From assembly GCA_963845145.1 (NCBI GenBank), contig CAWJQU010000001.1:256001-320000 (forward strand): a DNA stretch of 64,000 nucleotides, read 5' to 3'. This DNA is from an uncultured delta proteobacterium. GTDB taxonomy: Bacteria; Desulfobacterota; Desulfobacteria; Desulfobacterales; QNYZ01. A program made the translations under genes and the position numbers. Shown here one piece after another: positions 9,207-21,003 of the stretch. Within the stretch, counting starts at the first letter, position 1. Each line of letters starts with the position of its first letter. The notes below the pieces were generated by a model, which saw only the letters and a list, made by a program, of their open reading frames with translations, was not told the DNA's origin and made no database searches.

Positions 9207-9629
9207 ATGAAACGGGTTTGCGTCATTGATGGCCAGGGTGGTGGCATCGGTGCAACGCTGATCAAATATTTGAGAGTACAATTCGGCGAACAGTTGGAGG
9301 TGATCGCATTGGGGACCAATGCCATAGCCACGGCCCAAATGCTAAAAGCCGGTGCTAATAAAGGTGCTTCCGGTGAGAATGCCATTTGTCGGACAGTTTC
9401 CGGTGTCGATTGTATTGTCGGGCCCATTGCGATTACCTGGGCCAATGCCATGTTGGGAGAACTAACCCCCCGGATGGCTACGGCCATCATGTCAAGTTCA
9501 GCCTTAAAAATTCTCCTGCCCCTTTTTCAGGAAGAGGCGGAAATCGTCGGGCTGATCAAGGAACCACTGCCACATTTAGTAGAAGCGGCAATCGTCAGGA
9601 TAAAGAAGGAGGTTATTCGAAATGTGTGA
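9207..9629 (+). CDS. DUF3842 family protein
   Basis: RBS AGGAG; VIDGQGGGIG, ALGTNAIATAQMLKAGA, GENA, GELTP motifs. Confidence 0.8.
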   Translation: MKRVCVIDGQGGGIGATLIKYLRVQFGEQLEVIALGTNAIATAQMLKAGANKGASGENAICRTVSGVDCIVGPIAITWANAMLGELTPRMATAIMSSSALKILLPLFQEEAEIVGLIKEPLPHLVEAAIVRIKKEVIRNV

Positions 9630-9819
9630 AGCAAATGCCTACTGGATCAACGATGGTAAAGAGGAATTGATCATGGAATCCGTAGATATTTTGGAGCCGG
9701 AAGAGAATAACTCTTGGCTCTTGGTGGGAATCTTCGGTGACCGGAAACATATCAAGGCCCATATTAAGAAGATGAATCTCGTGAACCATAAAATATTTTT
9801 TGAAGCGATTATTGAATAA
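9622..9819 (+). CDS. CooT-family nickel-binding protein
   Basis: 65 aa, MCEANAY N-terminus, IFG, and C-terminal HKI. Confidence 0.8.
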   Translation: MCEANAYWINDGKEELIMESVDILEPEENNSWLLVGIFGDRKHIKAHIKKMNLVNHKIFFEAIIE

Positions 9820-9832
9820 AAAGGAGATATCC

Positions 9833-10618
9833 ATGAATCAGATGACACGTATATGCCTTGCAAGTATCCTTTTTTTGGTATGCGCCATTCCGGCTTTCGG
9901 CCACTTCGGCATGGTGATCCCTTCAGACAATATGGTAATGCCAAATGAGAAGCGGGCCATAACCTTGCAGCTCTCTTTTAGCCATCCCATGGAAATGGTC
10001 GGCATGGAACTGGCCAAACCGAAGATCTTCAATGTCGTCACCGGAGACAAACAAGCCGATTTGATTTCTAACCTGAAACCGATCCGCGTAATGAATCAAT
10101 CTGCCTGGCAACTGGACTATCCCATCAAGCGCCCCGGTGTGTATACCTTCTACATGGAACCCCAACCCTACTGGGAACCGTCGGAAGACCTGTTTATCAT
10201 CCACTACACCAAGACCGTTGTAACCGCTTTTGGCGATGATGAAGGCTGGGATCGGGAAATCGGCTTAAAAACCGAAATCGTGCCGCTGTCAAAACCGTAT
10301 GGCCTTTACACCGGCAATCTGTTCCAGGGGATTGTCAAATTCAATGGAAAACCGGTTCCCTATGCCGAAGTCGAGGTTGAGTATTACAATCGCGGCCATG
10401 CGTCCCAGGCCCCCACCGATTACATGATTACCCAAACCATTAAAGCGGACCAAAACGGTGTTTTTACCTATGCCGTGCCCAAACAGGGCTGGTGGGGATT
10501 TGCGGCCCTAAGCGAGGCGGACTTTACCCTAAAAGGCCCATCCGGGGATGAAAAAGCGGTGGAACTGGGTGCGGTTATCTGGGTTCATTTCGAGTCTTGG
10601 CAGGAGAAATCAAAATGA
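9833..10618 (+). CDS. DUF4198 periplasmic protein (Ni/Co uptake-associated)
   Basis: Signal peptide cleaving before [19 protein letters not shown] motifs. Confidence 0.8.
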   Translation: MNQMTRICLASILFLVCAIPAFGHFGMVIPSDNMVMPNEKRAITLQLSFSHPMEMVGMELAKPKIFNVVTGDKQADLISNLKPIRVMNQSAWQLDYPIKRPGVYTFYMEPQPYWEPSEDLFIIHYTKTVVTAFGDDEGWDREIGLKTEIVPLSKPYGLYTGNLFQGIVKFNGKPVPYAEVEVEYYNRGHASQAPTDYMITQTIKADQNGVFTYAVPKQGWWGFAALSEADFTLKGPSGDEKAVELGAVIWVHFESWQEKSK

Positions 10619-11721
10619 AAAATATTGCGGTAATGGTGCTCATCGTTCTTTTCTTTTTATGTAGCCATGACCTTTTTGCCGCTCAAAATATAACCGTAAC
10701 CGATGCCACCGGCAGGTCAGTATCGGTTCCCATCAGGGTAACCAGGCTGATCTGTTCCGGCCCCGGGGCCTTGCGATTATTGACCTATTTAGGCGCCCAG
10801 GATCTCATCGTGGCCGTGGACGACATTGAGATCAGAAAAAACCATTTTGATGCCCGGCCTTATGCTTTGGCCAATCCCGAATTCAAAAACTACCCAATCT
10901 TCGGCGGATTCCGCGGGTTTGATCACCCGGAACTGATTCTGGCACTTGAAAAACAACCCCAGGTCATCTTTAAAACCTTCGCAAACTCAGGTCATGACCC
11001 CATCGAGCTTCAGGAAAAAACCGGTATTCCCACCATCGTCCTCGAATACGGTAACCTAGACACGCATCGGGAACAGTTTTTCCGGAGCCTGCGTATCATG
11101 GGTAAAATCGTTGGGAAAAAGGAGCGGGCCGAAAAAATCATCGAATTCTTCAATACGGCCATCAACGATCTGGTTTCACGCACGAAAGACATTCCCGAAT
11201 CTGAAAAAAAAACCTGCTTCGTGGGCGGTATCGCCTATAAAGGTCCCCATGGTTTTGCCTCCACCGAACCGGGTTATCCACCATTCGTGTTCGTCCATGC
11301 GGCGAACCCGGCCTATGACAAATCCTTGATGGGCAAGGCCTCCCGCCAGGTTACCGTGGCCAAAGAGCAACTTCTATCGTGGGACCCGGATATACTCTTT
11401 CTGGACCTCTCTACTTTAAAACTCGAGGGCAAAGCCTCCGGATTGTGGGAAATCCGAAATGATCCGGCCCTTAAGATCCTTACAGCGGTTCAACTCGGAC
11501 GGGTTTATGGCGTATTGCCGTACAACTGGTACACCAAAAATTACGGGTCCATTTTGGCCGACGCTTACTTTATCGGCAAGATCCTCTATCCCGAACGATT
11601 TACGGATATCGAGCCAACCGCCAAGGCCGATGAGATTTATGAATTTTTAGTGGGCAAGCCGGTGTTCAATGAAATGAACGCCCTATTTCAAGGCAAAGCT
11701 TTTAAGGCCATCGTGGAGTAA
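10615..11721 (+). CDS. Iron/cobalamin-type (BtuF/FecB) ABC substrate-binding protein
   Basis: [29 protein letters not shown] motifs. Confidence 0.8.
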   Translation: MKNIAVMVLIVLFFLCSHDLFAAQNITVTDATGRSVSVPIRVTRLICSGPGALRLLTYLGAQDLIVAVDDIEIRKNHFDARPYALANPEFKNYPIFGGFRGFDHPELILALEKQPQVIFKTFANSGHDPIELQEKTGIPTIVLEYGNLDTHREQFFRSLRIMGKIVGKKERAEKIIEFFNTAINDLVSRTKDIPESEKKTCFVGGIAYKGPHGFASTEPGYPPFVFVHAANPAYDKSLMGKASRQVTVAKEQLLSWDPDILFLDLSTLKLEGKASGLWEIRNDPALKILTAVQLGRVYGVLPYNWYTKNYGSILADAYFIGKILYPERFTDIEPTAKADEIYEFLVGKPVFNEMNALFQGKAFKAIVE

Positions 11722-11724
11722 CCC

Positions 11725-12795
11725 ATGCATTTGGCAGATGGACAGGTGCCACGGGAATATGGCCGCTATGTCAACTTCAAACTCAGGTTCATGGGGCTGA
11801 CCTTCGTGTCCCTGATCCTGGGGCTGGCCATCGCCCTGTCATTGGGTGCGACTGGGATAAGCCTTTCTGTAGTTGCTAAAACCCTGGTGGGCATGAGCGT
11901 TTCCAAACGAATCGATATGATTGTTTGGAACATCCGCATGCCCCAGGCTTTGGCAGCGATTGTGGCCGGTGCCGGCCTGTCCGTTGCGGGCGCCGCCATG
12001 CAGTCGATACTTCGCAATCCATTGGGATCGCCGTTTACCCTGGGCATATCCCAGGCCGCGGCCTTTGGTGCGGCCTTCGCAGTCATGATTCTGGATTCGG
12101 GCGTGATGCAAAGCACCAACCTCGGATCGGTTACGATTACCAACCCTTACATAACCACGGCTCTGGCCTATATCTTCAGTATGCTTGCCGCCGGCGTGAT
12201 TGTCATGGTTTCACGGACACGCGGCGCCACGCCCGAAGTGATGGTGCTGACAGGTGTGGCCCTGGGCGGATTGTTCACTGCCGGAGCCATGTTCCTGCAA
12301 TATTTCGCGGACGACGTGCAGCTGGCAGCCATGGTATTCTGGACCTTTGGGGATACGGCACGTGCCAGCTGGCGTGAGTTGGGCCTACTTGCCACGATCA
12401 CCACACTCGGGTCGGCCTACCTACTCTCCCGGAGTTGGGATTACAACGCGATAGATGCCGGCGATGAAACCGCCAAGGGGTTAGGTGTTCGCGTGGAAAG
12501 AATACGCCTGACCGGTATGCTCGCGGCATCGCTGGTCACGGCTGCAATCGTATCTTTTCTGGGGATCATCGGATTCGTCGGGCTAGTCGTTCCGCATATG
12601 GTCAGACGAATCATCGGAGGAGATAATCGTTTTCTCATGCCGGCCACAATCATTTGCGGCTCTCTATTAATACTCATCGCAGATACGGTCGCACGGTTGA
12701 TGTTGGCACCGCACGTAATACCCGTGTCCATCCTCACCGCCTTTATGGGAGCACCGGTATTCATCTACTTAATCGTGCGGGGGGGAAGAAAATAA
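11725..12795 (+). CDS. FecCD/BtuC-family ABC permease
   Basis: RMPQALAA, RNPLGSPFTLGIS, IGFVGLVVPH motifs. Confidence 0.9.
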   Translation: MHLADGQVPREYGRYVNFKLRFMGLTFVSLILGLAIALSLGATGISLSVVAKTLVGMSVSKRIDMIVWNIRMPQALAAIVAGAGLSVAGAAMQSILRNPLGSPFTLGISQAAAFGAAFAVMILDSGVMQSTNLGSVTITNPYITTALAYIFSMLAAGVIVMVSRTRGATPEVMVLTGVALGGLFTAGAMFLQYFADDVQLAAMVFWTFGDTARASWRELGLLATITTLGSAYLLSRSWDYNAIDAGDETAKGLGVRVERIRLTGMLAASLVTAAIVSFLGIIGFVGLVVPHMVRRIIGGDNRFLMPATIICGSLLILIADTVARLMLAPHVIPVSILTAFMGAPVFIYLIVRGGRK

Positions 12796-13550
12796 TGCTT
12801 GATGTCGCCGGCCTCACCTTTACCTATAACAGCCATCCCGTACTCGACGGTATTGATTTTTCCCTTCCACCGGGAAAGCTCCTTGCGGTACTCGGCCCCA
12901 ATGGCGCAGGAAAAACGACTTTATTAAAATGCATTAATGCCATACACCGTCCCGCCAAAGGTGCGGTGTACGTGGATAGAAAAGACGTTCTCGCCCTATC
13001 GCCCATGGCAGTCGCCCGCAAAGTCGGCTACGTCGCCCAACAAAACGAAACCGCCCGCGTCACGGCATTTGATGCCGTACTCATGGGTCGACGGCCCCAT
13101 GTGCGATGGGGCGTGTCTAAGCATGACCTCAAAATCGTGGATGCAGCCCTGAAACGACTCGGCCTCACGGACCTGTCCATGCGCTACATCGACGAGATGA
13201 GCGGTGGTGAGCTACAAAAAGTGGCCATTGCCCGCGCACTGGTTCAGGAGCCCGGACTGATGCTTTTGGACGAACCCACTTCCAGTCTGGATCTTAAAAA
13301 TCAAGTGGAGATCCTGGAAACCATCCGCCAGTTGGTTGCCGACCATGGTGTAGCGGCGGTAATGACCATGCACGACCTGAATACGGCCCTTCGTTTTGCC
13401 GACCAATGCATCTTTTTAAAAAAGGGACAGATCTTCTACGCCGGATCCGCACACGCGGTTGACGCTAACGTGATTGAGGAAGTATATGGACTACCGGTCG
13501 ATGTCTACCGACATGGAAGGCGATTGATAGTAACCCCAAAAGAGCGATAA
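12795..13550 (+). CDS. FecE/BtuD-family ABC ATPase
   Basis: GPNGAGKTT, MSGGELQ, LLDEPT, MHDLN. Confidence 0.9.
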   Translation: MLDVAGLTFTYNSHPVLDGIDFSLPPGKLLAVLGPNGAGKTTLLKCINAIHRPAKGAVYVDRKDVLALSPMAVARKVGYVAQQNETARVTAFDAVLMGRRPHVRWGVSKHDLKIVDAALKRLGLTDLSMRYIDEMSGGELQKVAIARALVQEPGLMLLDEPTSSLDLKNQVEILETIRQLVADHGVAAVMTMHDLNTALRFADQCIFLKKGQIFYAGSAHAVDANVIEEVYGLPVDVYRHGRRLIVTPKER

Positions 13551-13565
13551 CCCGGAGGACAACCC

Positions 13566-14177
13566 ATGACCAGCAAATACCCAAAAGAGACCATCACCGA
13601 TGTTATCCGCTTTCACGGCCATTCCTGTCCAGGCCTGTGTATCGGAATCAGGGCTTCAGAACTGGCCGGGAGAGAACTCGGCGACATACCGGATGCGCAG
13701 ATGGTATGCATCACCGAAACCGATATGTGTGGTGTTGACGCGGTTCAGTACCTCACCGGTTGCACCTTCGGCAAAGGCAACCTGATCCACAGAGATTACG
13801 GCAAAATGGCTTTCACCTTTTTCGATCGTAAAAGCGGGCGGGGATTCCGGTGTCTGCTAAAACCGGATGCCCGGGGCGACATGGCCGGAGAAATGTCTTC
13901 CCTGCACACCAAGATCGCCTCCGGCGAAGCGAGCGAAGCCGAAAAAACACGTTGTGATGAACTCAGGCGGCAAATAAAAGAACAACTCATGCAGGCCGAA
14001 CTGGATGCCCTTTTCGATGTCATGGTTCCTAACGAACCAATGCCCACGGGCGCCCGGATTTTGGAAAGCCTCACCTGTGAAACCTGCGGTGAAGCCACCA
14101 TGGAATCCCGCACCCGCCGTTTTGCTGGAAAAACGCTTTGCAAGCCCTGCTTTTACAAGGTGGAGCAGAAACGTTGA
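13566..14177 (+). CDS. FmdE-family protein with C-terminal C4 zinc finger
   Basis: FHGHSCPG, CGVDAVQ, GCTFGKGNL, CETCGE…CKPC. Confidence 0.85.
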   Translation: MTSKYPKETITDVIRFHGHSCPGLCIGIRASELAGRELGDIPDAQMVCITETDMCGVDAVQYLTGCTFGKGNLIHRDYGKMAFTFFDRKSGRGFRCLLKPDARGDMAGEMSSLHTKIASGEASEAEKTRCDELRRQIKEQLMQAELDALFDVMVPNEPMPTGARILESLTCETCGEATMESRTRRFAGKTLCKPCFYKVEQKR

Positions 14178-14416
14178 TGAAATTACGAATCTCAGATTCG
14201 GTTAAGATTATAGGAGATGAAGTTCCCAGGAGAGAGTGCCGTTTCAATGGTCTGTTCGAGCGGATCGATCTGCTTTCGCTTACCGGGGCTTATGTTCCGC
14301 CTCTCATTTTTATTTATTTTCATGATCCTCACAGATAGCCTTTCTTTTCACCTCATCAATGAGGAACCGTATGCCCTGGTTGTCCGGCTGGTTTGGCCAA
14401 AGCATCTCCAAATCAT

Positions 14417-15572
14417 TTATTGATTCCTCCAGATGCCAGCCTTCACCAAACGTTGAATCAGCGCTTTGCGCTGCAAGTGACCGGCCATGAATTTTTTCAA
14501 TTTTGTTTGAAATTGTTTCTTGGTTGAAAAAAGGGCATAGGCCTCGGCAATGTCGACAAGGGCGTGGCAGGCCTCGTCATAACCCCGCCCCGATCCGCGT
14601 TCGACGGGTCTCCCGGACCGACTCCCAGGCGTTGGAAAAATCGTTGGATAGGTTCTTCAAATACGCCTTGCGCTCCTTGCGGCGCTTGATCTCTTGCCGC
14701 TTGCGGTCTCGTTTCTGCTTTTCCTGCAGGATTAGTCGGGCCTTTTCGGCATTCTGTAGCAATTCTCCCACCGTGCGGCGGGACGTGGCGGTTTGGTCGA
14801 TCTGCACGCCGCGTCGCCATGACACGAATCGGTTCTTGATCGACCTTTCAGCCTGGTGCCCCTTGCCGGCCAGAAGCTGTTTCAGGACCGCCGTCATATC
14901 CTCCCGGGACAAACGATCGATCCATTCATCCATTTCCTTCTGTGAAAATACCTCGTCCTGGACGGCCGGGCTTCCAATTCCGGCACCCGCCAACAGCTCC
15001 GGCCCCACCTCCAGAAACTCCGACAGCGCCTGTTGGGCCGCCGTCAGGTTTCCCAGTCCATTCACGACCAAAGGTTCCATCTCAGCGTCATCCATCTTTT
15101 CCCCGGCTACGGCCGCCAGCCATCCGATATAAAGGCTACGGATATCACCGCGGAGCAACTCGTCACGCACCGGTGCCAATCGCACCATCCAGCCCCGGCC
15201 ATCCTCCATCCCGAAGCGGTCGTAATTTTGGGATTCCTCCAAATACCAAGTGATGACCCAATGGGTTTTGGTGGCTTTGAAATCTAGAATGTAGCGTACC
15301 GCCATAGCTTCGACGGTTTTCTTTGACAGCGCTTCAATTGGCACGCGCACCATGAAAATGGCCGTCATCCAGTTGGCCACATAGACATGGGCATCGAAAA
15401 AACGCTGCATCAGCTTATCCGGATTGCCTTTGAAATCACCCCAGTTGTATTCATTGATAAAACTGACGGGTGTAATGCGAGCCCGGCTCGACATCTCCCG
15501 CAAGACCGCCGTCTCCTCCACCGTCAGTGGCCGGTCGATGGCCAAAAATTCGTAATATTGATATTCACTCAT
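14417..15572 (-). CDS. Conserved hypothetical protein, frameshifted near 14610
   Basis: MSEYQYYEFLAIDRPL N-terminus; a C-terminal part (…GYDEACHALVDIAEAY…RLVKAGIWRNQ) continues in another frame to a stop at 14417. Confidence 0.6.
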
Positions 15573-15752
15573 AACAGATTACCTTTTAAAGCTGTGCGGC
15601 CGGAAATACAAAATCGTCTCCCTGATGAAAATAGATCCGGCCGTAAAGTTACTGGTTTTCAATCAGGGGCTTAACCTCAGTAACCCTTTCGAGCCACTCA
15701 AGTCGTTAATGGATACCGGCTTGCATGGGACACGAAGACAAAGGCAACTTAA

Positions 15753-16568
15753 TTAGGCATCACTTTCATCAAATGCATCACTCGATAGCACCTCGGCCAT
15801 TGCCATGGCTTCATGGGCTGCCTCGACGATCTCCTCGTCTCCGGAGTTGGTCAGATCCATCAGAATCGCGCCTGCTTCCTGTGGGCGAATGCCCACCACG
15901 GCGTCAATAGCGGCCAGCAGTAGCGGTTTGTCGGTCACTGGTGTGCGGACAAGTCTTGATATGTAGGCCCAGGCTGCATCAACCGCCCAATTACCGGCTG
16001 CACAAATGGCTTGGTAATGGATATCCGGGTTGTTGCTTTCAAGCGCTTCGAGAATCTGATTATCAAACCCACGGATCCAGCGCATCGAAAATACCGCTGT
16101 CAAACGCCAATCCTCATCATCACGGGAATAGGCCGTCTGAATGGCATCCTCATGCCAGTCCTGGGATGCACGAACCGATGCCTCCAGTATCTGTCTTCGA
16201 ACGTTTTCAGGCACCGTGACGTCCCGATAGAGACGATGAAGCGATTCCTGGATATTGTAAAATGTATCCTCGGAGATTGGCACATCATCCGGATCATCAA
16301 ATCCGTCCATATCGGCGTGATCGAGAACCGGCCCCAGAGCTATGGCAGCTTTGCCACGGAGTTTTTCTGATTCATTTTCGCTCCCAATAATGAATAGTAG
16401 CGCATCAACCAGATCATCATTGATCACGGTAAAATCGCCGGCCAGCTCCGCAGCAAGAATGCGGTTGGTCGTATCGGCTTGGCTATCTAAGAGAATCTCA
16501 AGAAACGCTTTGCTGGTGTCTTCCGGCCATTCCCAAGGAGGCATCTCCTTCAATCTGTTCAGATCCAT
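15753..16568 (-). CDS. HEAT-repeat-like protein
   Basis: Acidic helical repeats (LRGKAAIALG, IHYQAICAAG, IVEAAHEAM). Confidence 0.65.
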   Translation of the reverse strand: MDLNRLKEMPPWEWPEDTSKAFLEILLDSQADTTNRILAAELAGDFTVINDDLVDALLFIIGSENESEKLRGKAAIALGPVLDHADMDGFDDPDDVPISEDTFYNIQESLHRLYRDVTVPENVRRQILEASVRASQDWHEDAIQTAYSRDDEDWRLTAVFSMRWIRGFDNQILEALESNNPDIHYQAICAAGNWAVDAAWAYISRLVRTPVTDKPLLLAAIDAVVGIRPQEAGAILMDLTNSGDEEIVEAAHEAMAMAEVLSSDAFDESDA

Positions 16569-16588
16569 TATATCCCTCGCGCGTTGTG

Positions 16589-16890
<302 letters not shown>

Positions 16891-17022
16891 AGGTTCCGAG
16901 AAAAGGGATTCAGCCGAAAGATGACAAAGCCTTTTTCCCCTAAACAGTCTCGCTTCGATCTGCTTGCAAGGGAATTGATTCCCCCGATTTAACATAATAC
17001 GGAGAATTATCAAGAAATTTGC

Positions 17023-17279
17023 CGTTTTCAAAGTTGGTTTGGATCCTTTCCCGCTTTTTGCCCGACTCAAAAAGTTGTTCCCGTTTCATTATCTCTGAGC
17101 AAATGGCATATTATTCAGAATGAATCAGGAGCCATGGACCTTTTTTGTTTGTGGGTATACCTTTGGGATCCGGATTCTTCTGAGTTGTGACGGTTAAGGC
17201 GTTTTGGCAGGTCAACGGTTTGGCCTTTGTAGTGTTTTCCGGAAGTATGGTTTTAAAGAATGTAAACCCGATATGGCAT
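17023..17279 (-). pseudogene. Degenerate GIY-YIG nuclease copy 3
   Basis: MPYRVYIL*NHTSGKHYKGQTVDLPKRLNRHNSEESGSQRYTHKQK…; clearly homologous to 22550-22807, with stops and a frameshift. Confidence 0.85.
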
Positions 17280-17513
17280 TTCAACCTCACCTCAAAAAAA
17301 GGGTCCAGTGCTTCTGTGGCTTTAAAAAATTATGCTCAGAACAGAGTACGTCATTGTTTGATTTGATTTCCAAATTAACAATTGATTGAAATGATGGGTG
17401 GAGGCACGCAATGCACGCCTCACGATAAGAATTGACCAAATAGAGTACGTACAATATATTGGAAGTAGAATATATTCGGATTTCGGGATGGTACACAAAT
17501 ATTCCATGAATCA

Positions 17514-19057
17514 ATGTATATGGTTAAAGCTAACATGTTTCAAAGAATTGCCGATTTATGCCAGCCCGCCATCCAGCTTACCAAAGGTATCATCCTCATC
17601 TTGGATCAGGATGGGAAAATTATTAGTTTTAATGAATTTCTGGAGTCAACCACGGGATATTCGTATTCAGAGCTGACCCAAAAAAATTGGTTTGATCTGC
17701 TTCTGCCCGAGAAGGAAAAGGACTCGGCAAAGCGATATTTTCGGCGTTTCATTCTTAGAGGCAAGTCGCCAATAAATATTGTCACTCAGGATAATTACCC
17801 GTACAGGCGAAGAACGCTTTATCGAATGGCACTACAAGCGACTTGAGGATGACGCTTCGGGAGTTGTCATCGGGTTGTTGGCAATCGGTCAGGATGTATC
17901 AGAACGTGTTGAACACGAAAAGCAGCTCTTGAATGAGCGAAATCAACTGATCGAAAGAAACAAGGAACTCACCTGTCTTTATAGCATGGCAAAGATTGTG
18001 GGGCAAAACAAGCCCCTTCCCCAAATGCTGGAGTCCATCGCCGCTATTATTCCTCCGGCGTTTCAATACCCGGCGATCACTACGGCCATTATCCGCTTGG
18101 ATCAGCCAGTTCATATGGCGGTCGCGATACGGCAATAAATGGGCCTGACCCTGACCGAAAACCTGGTTATTCAGAGGATTCGACGGGGAAACATTGAGGT
18201 AATTTACTCGCCTCCAAAAAATGGTCACAAACCGAGTAAAACGCCCTTTCTCGATGAAGAACGCGCGCTCCTGAGAACCATTGCTCACCATCTTTCACTG
18301 GCCATCGAGAAAAAGGAAGCGCTCGATATTAAAGCCGAGATAGAAAATCAGTTGCGGCATTCAGATCGACTTGCAAAAATCGGTCAGTTGACTGCCGGTG
18401 TGGCTCACGAACTAAATGAGCCCCTTGGAAATATCCTTGGTTTTGCCCAACTATCGTCAAAGGCTACTGATCTTCCAGAACAAGTCTATAGTGATCTGGA
18501 CAATATTATTAAGGCCGCTTTGCATGCCAGGGAAGTCATTAAAAAACTGATGTTTTTCAGTCGTCAGACCCCGCCACGGGAAACCCTGGTGAATCTGAAC
18601 CGACTGATTGAAGACGGTATTTATCTGTTTGAGTCACGATGTGCTAAGAATGGAATTATAGTGATAAAAAAACTTTGCCAGGATTTGCCGGCCATAAAAG
18701 CCGATCTGTCCCAGTTGCAGCAGGTTTTTACCAACCTGATCGTCAATGCGCTTCAGGCCATGCCTGAAGAAGGTACGCTGAGCATTGAAACCTCGTGTGA
18801 CGATAGACCATGTTTACTTGCTGGTTCAGGACTCCGGCATCGGTATGACTCAGGAAACATTAAAACAAATTTTTCTGCCGTTCTTTACAACCAAGGATAT
18901 CAAACAGGGAACCGGTCTGGGGCTTTCTGTGGTTCACGGCATCGTTAAGTCCCATGGCGGCAGTATTGACGTGGAGAGCCGTATCGGGCATGGCGCCAGC
19001 TTCCGGATCAAATTTCCACTGAGAAGGTTATCCCCGGAGGAAAAGAATGAATCATAA
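17514..19057 (+). CDS. PAS sensor histidine kinase (split into four ORFs by indels)
   Basis: PAS/PAC segments, H-box AHELNEPLG, N-box QVFTNLIVNA, G boxes DSGIG/FFTTK/GTGLGL across ORFs 17514, 17779, 18139, 18785. Confidence 0.8.
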
Positions 19058-20405
19058 AAAAATAGTGCAAAACAGAGCCAAGATTCTGGTAGTCGATGAT
19101 TCGGCACTCACCTTGGAAGTTATCCAAAGAAACCTCGAAGCTGCCGGCTATGAAGTCTTCACCGCATCAAGCGTGGAACAGGCGATTGCCTTCTTGGAAC
19201 AAGATCGGTGGACCTGGTCATCACCGATATAAAAATGCCTAAAATCAGCGGTTTGGAGCTGCTTAAATATGTGAAAGAAAATGTAAAGGGAACGGAAATA
19301 ATGATCATCACCGGCTATCCGTCCATTAAAGGTGCGGTGGAGGCGGTTAAAGACGGTGCTGAAGATTATCTGGTAAAACCCTTTACGGATGAAGAGTTAT
19401 TGTCGGCTGTTTCCAAGATGCTCGAGAAACTGGCAAACCGCCGTGCTGTTGAAGCGAAGCTACCGCCAAGTAGCCACAATATTATTGGCAATTCCCCGGG
19501 CATGCAGCATGTATACCGACTCATTGAAAAGGCCGCCGCCACAAAAGTCAACGTGTTGATTTCAGGAGAGAGCGGAACAGGTAAGGAATTGGTGGCGCGC
19601 GCCATCCATTACAGTAATAAATCTGTTTCAGGTCCTTTTGTCACCGTCAACTGTACAGCAATTCCAGATAGCCTTCATAGAAAGTGAGCTTTTCGGCCAT
19701 GTCAAAGGGGCCTTCACAGGAGCGCAAACCTCCCGAGCCGGTTTTTTCCAGATTGCCGACGGAGGGACAATCTTTCTAGATGAAATCGGGGATGCCAGCC
19801 TGAGTATGCAAGGAAAACTGCTGCGGGCTATTCAAAACAAGGAAATTTTCATGGTGGGGTCCAGCCGCGTTCAAAAAATCGACACACGAATCATAGCGGC
19901 AACCAATACGAATCTGATCCGTCTCGTCAAAAAGGGCCTCTTCCGGGAGGACCTTTATTTTCGACTGAATATCGTTGAAATTTCTTTGCCGCCTCTGCAC
20001 GAACGTTGCGAGGATATCCTGCCACTGATTCAGCATTTTACAGAAAAACTTTCAAGGGATTTGAACCGCCCGGCGCCCCAATTCTCAGACAGGGCCCTTA
20101 AGATATTTAAAACTTATCGTTGGCAGGGGAATGTCCGGGAGCTTGAAAACATCGTCCAGCGTCTGGTGGTTCTGGCTGGTAATGATTTAATCGATGTTGC
20201 GGATCTTCCTGAACAAATGCGTTTTAACATCAACTGGCGCAAAGGCATTAATCGGCCCTTAGCCGAGGTTGAAGCCGAACATATTAAGAATGTGTTAAAC
20301 AGTGTCAAAGGAAACAAAACTCAAGCAGCCCAGATTTTGGGGATTGACCGGAAAACCCTTCGGACAAAATTACAGCGGGCAAATCGGTCACCCGATATCG
20401 GGTAG
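19047..20405 (+). CDS. NtrC-family sigma54 response regulator (two frameshifts)
   Basis: Receiver [36 protein letters not shown]-terminal Fis HTH across three ORFs. Confidence 0.85.
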
Positions 20406-20577
20406 TTTTACCCCGCTGAAGCATTCCTCCCCGATTTTTTCTCACCCTCATCAACTTCTTCCACGTGCGGGTCGCCGTAACATCCTTTCGCTTGACCTGA
20501 TGTATCTATCTGGTATTCCAAATCATTCAGTTTAGAGGGCCACGCCGACCAATGTTTTCCAACCCCCTTTTTCATTA

Positions 20578-20593
20578 TGGTATGAAGATTGCT
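20578..20593 (+). promoter_or_regulatory. Sigma54 (-24/-12) promoter upstream of gdhA
   Basis: TGGTATGAAGATTGCT = GG-N10-GC; palindrome GGGTAGTTTTACCCC at 20400-20414 is a possible activator site. Confidence 0.65.
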
Positions 20594-21003
20594 CTATATA
20601 GGCGTAACGATAATTCTTTTTTTAACATAAAAAACCAAATTCAAAAATGAGGGGGGTGTGTATGAAAACTCCAATCGGTGGCCGAAAGCGATAAGGTCTA
20701 TTCAGAGGAACGATTGTCTCAATCTTCCAGGCCCGGCATTGAGGTGATTCCCGGAAGGATGAAAGGATTGTGTATTAACTGTGACAACCGAACTTCTTGT
20801 GAGTTTTCTATCGTGGAAGGTGGCGTTTGGCACTGCGAAGAATATTGTTGATAAATACTGACAGGGTGATAGAACTCTCCAGGGTGGATCTATGCCCGGT
20901 TTCATCAATCTTTAGAAAATAATCGGAAATCCGTTTGCATCCACATTCTGCCGGTTTTTCGCCAAAAAAACTGGGCTACAAATACTAATTAGGAGAATAA
21001 AAA

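Noticed and set aside
14503..15132. Long plus-strand ORF (and similar shadow ORFs at 2414, 4075, 38875, 59401)
   Set aside because: They overlap well-supported genes in other frames or strands and show no recognisable motifs.
18136..18138. Stop-codon readthrough in the histidine kinase
   Set aside because: The stop is TAA, and nearby compensating indels explain it better.
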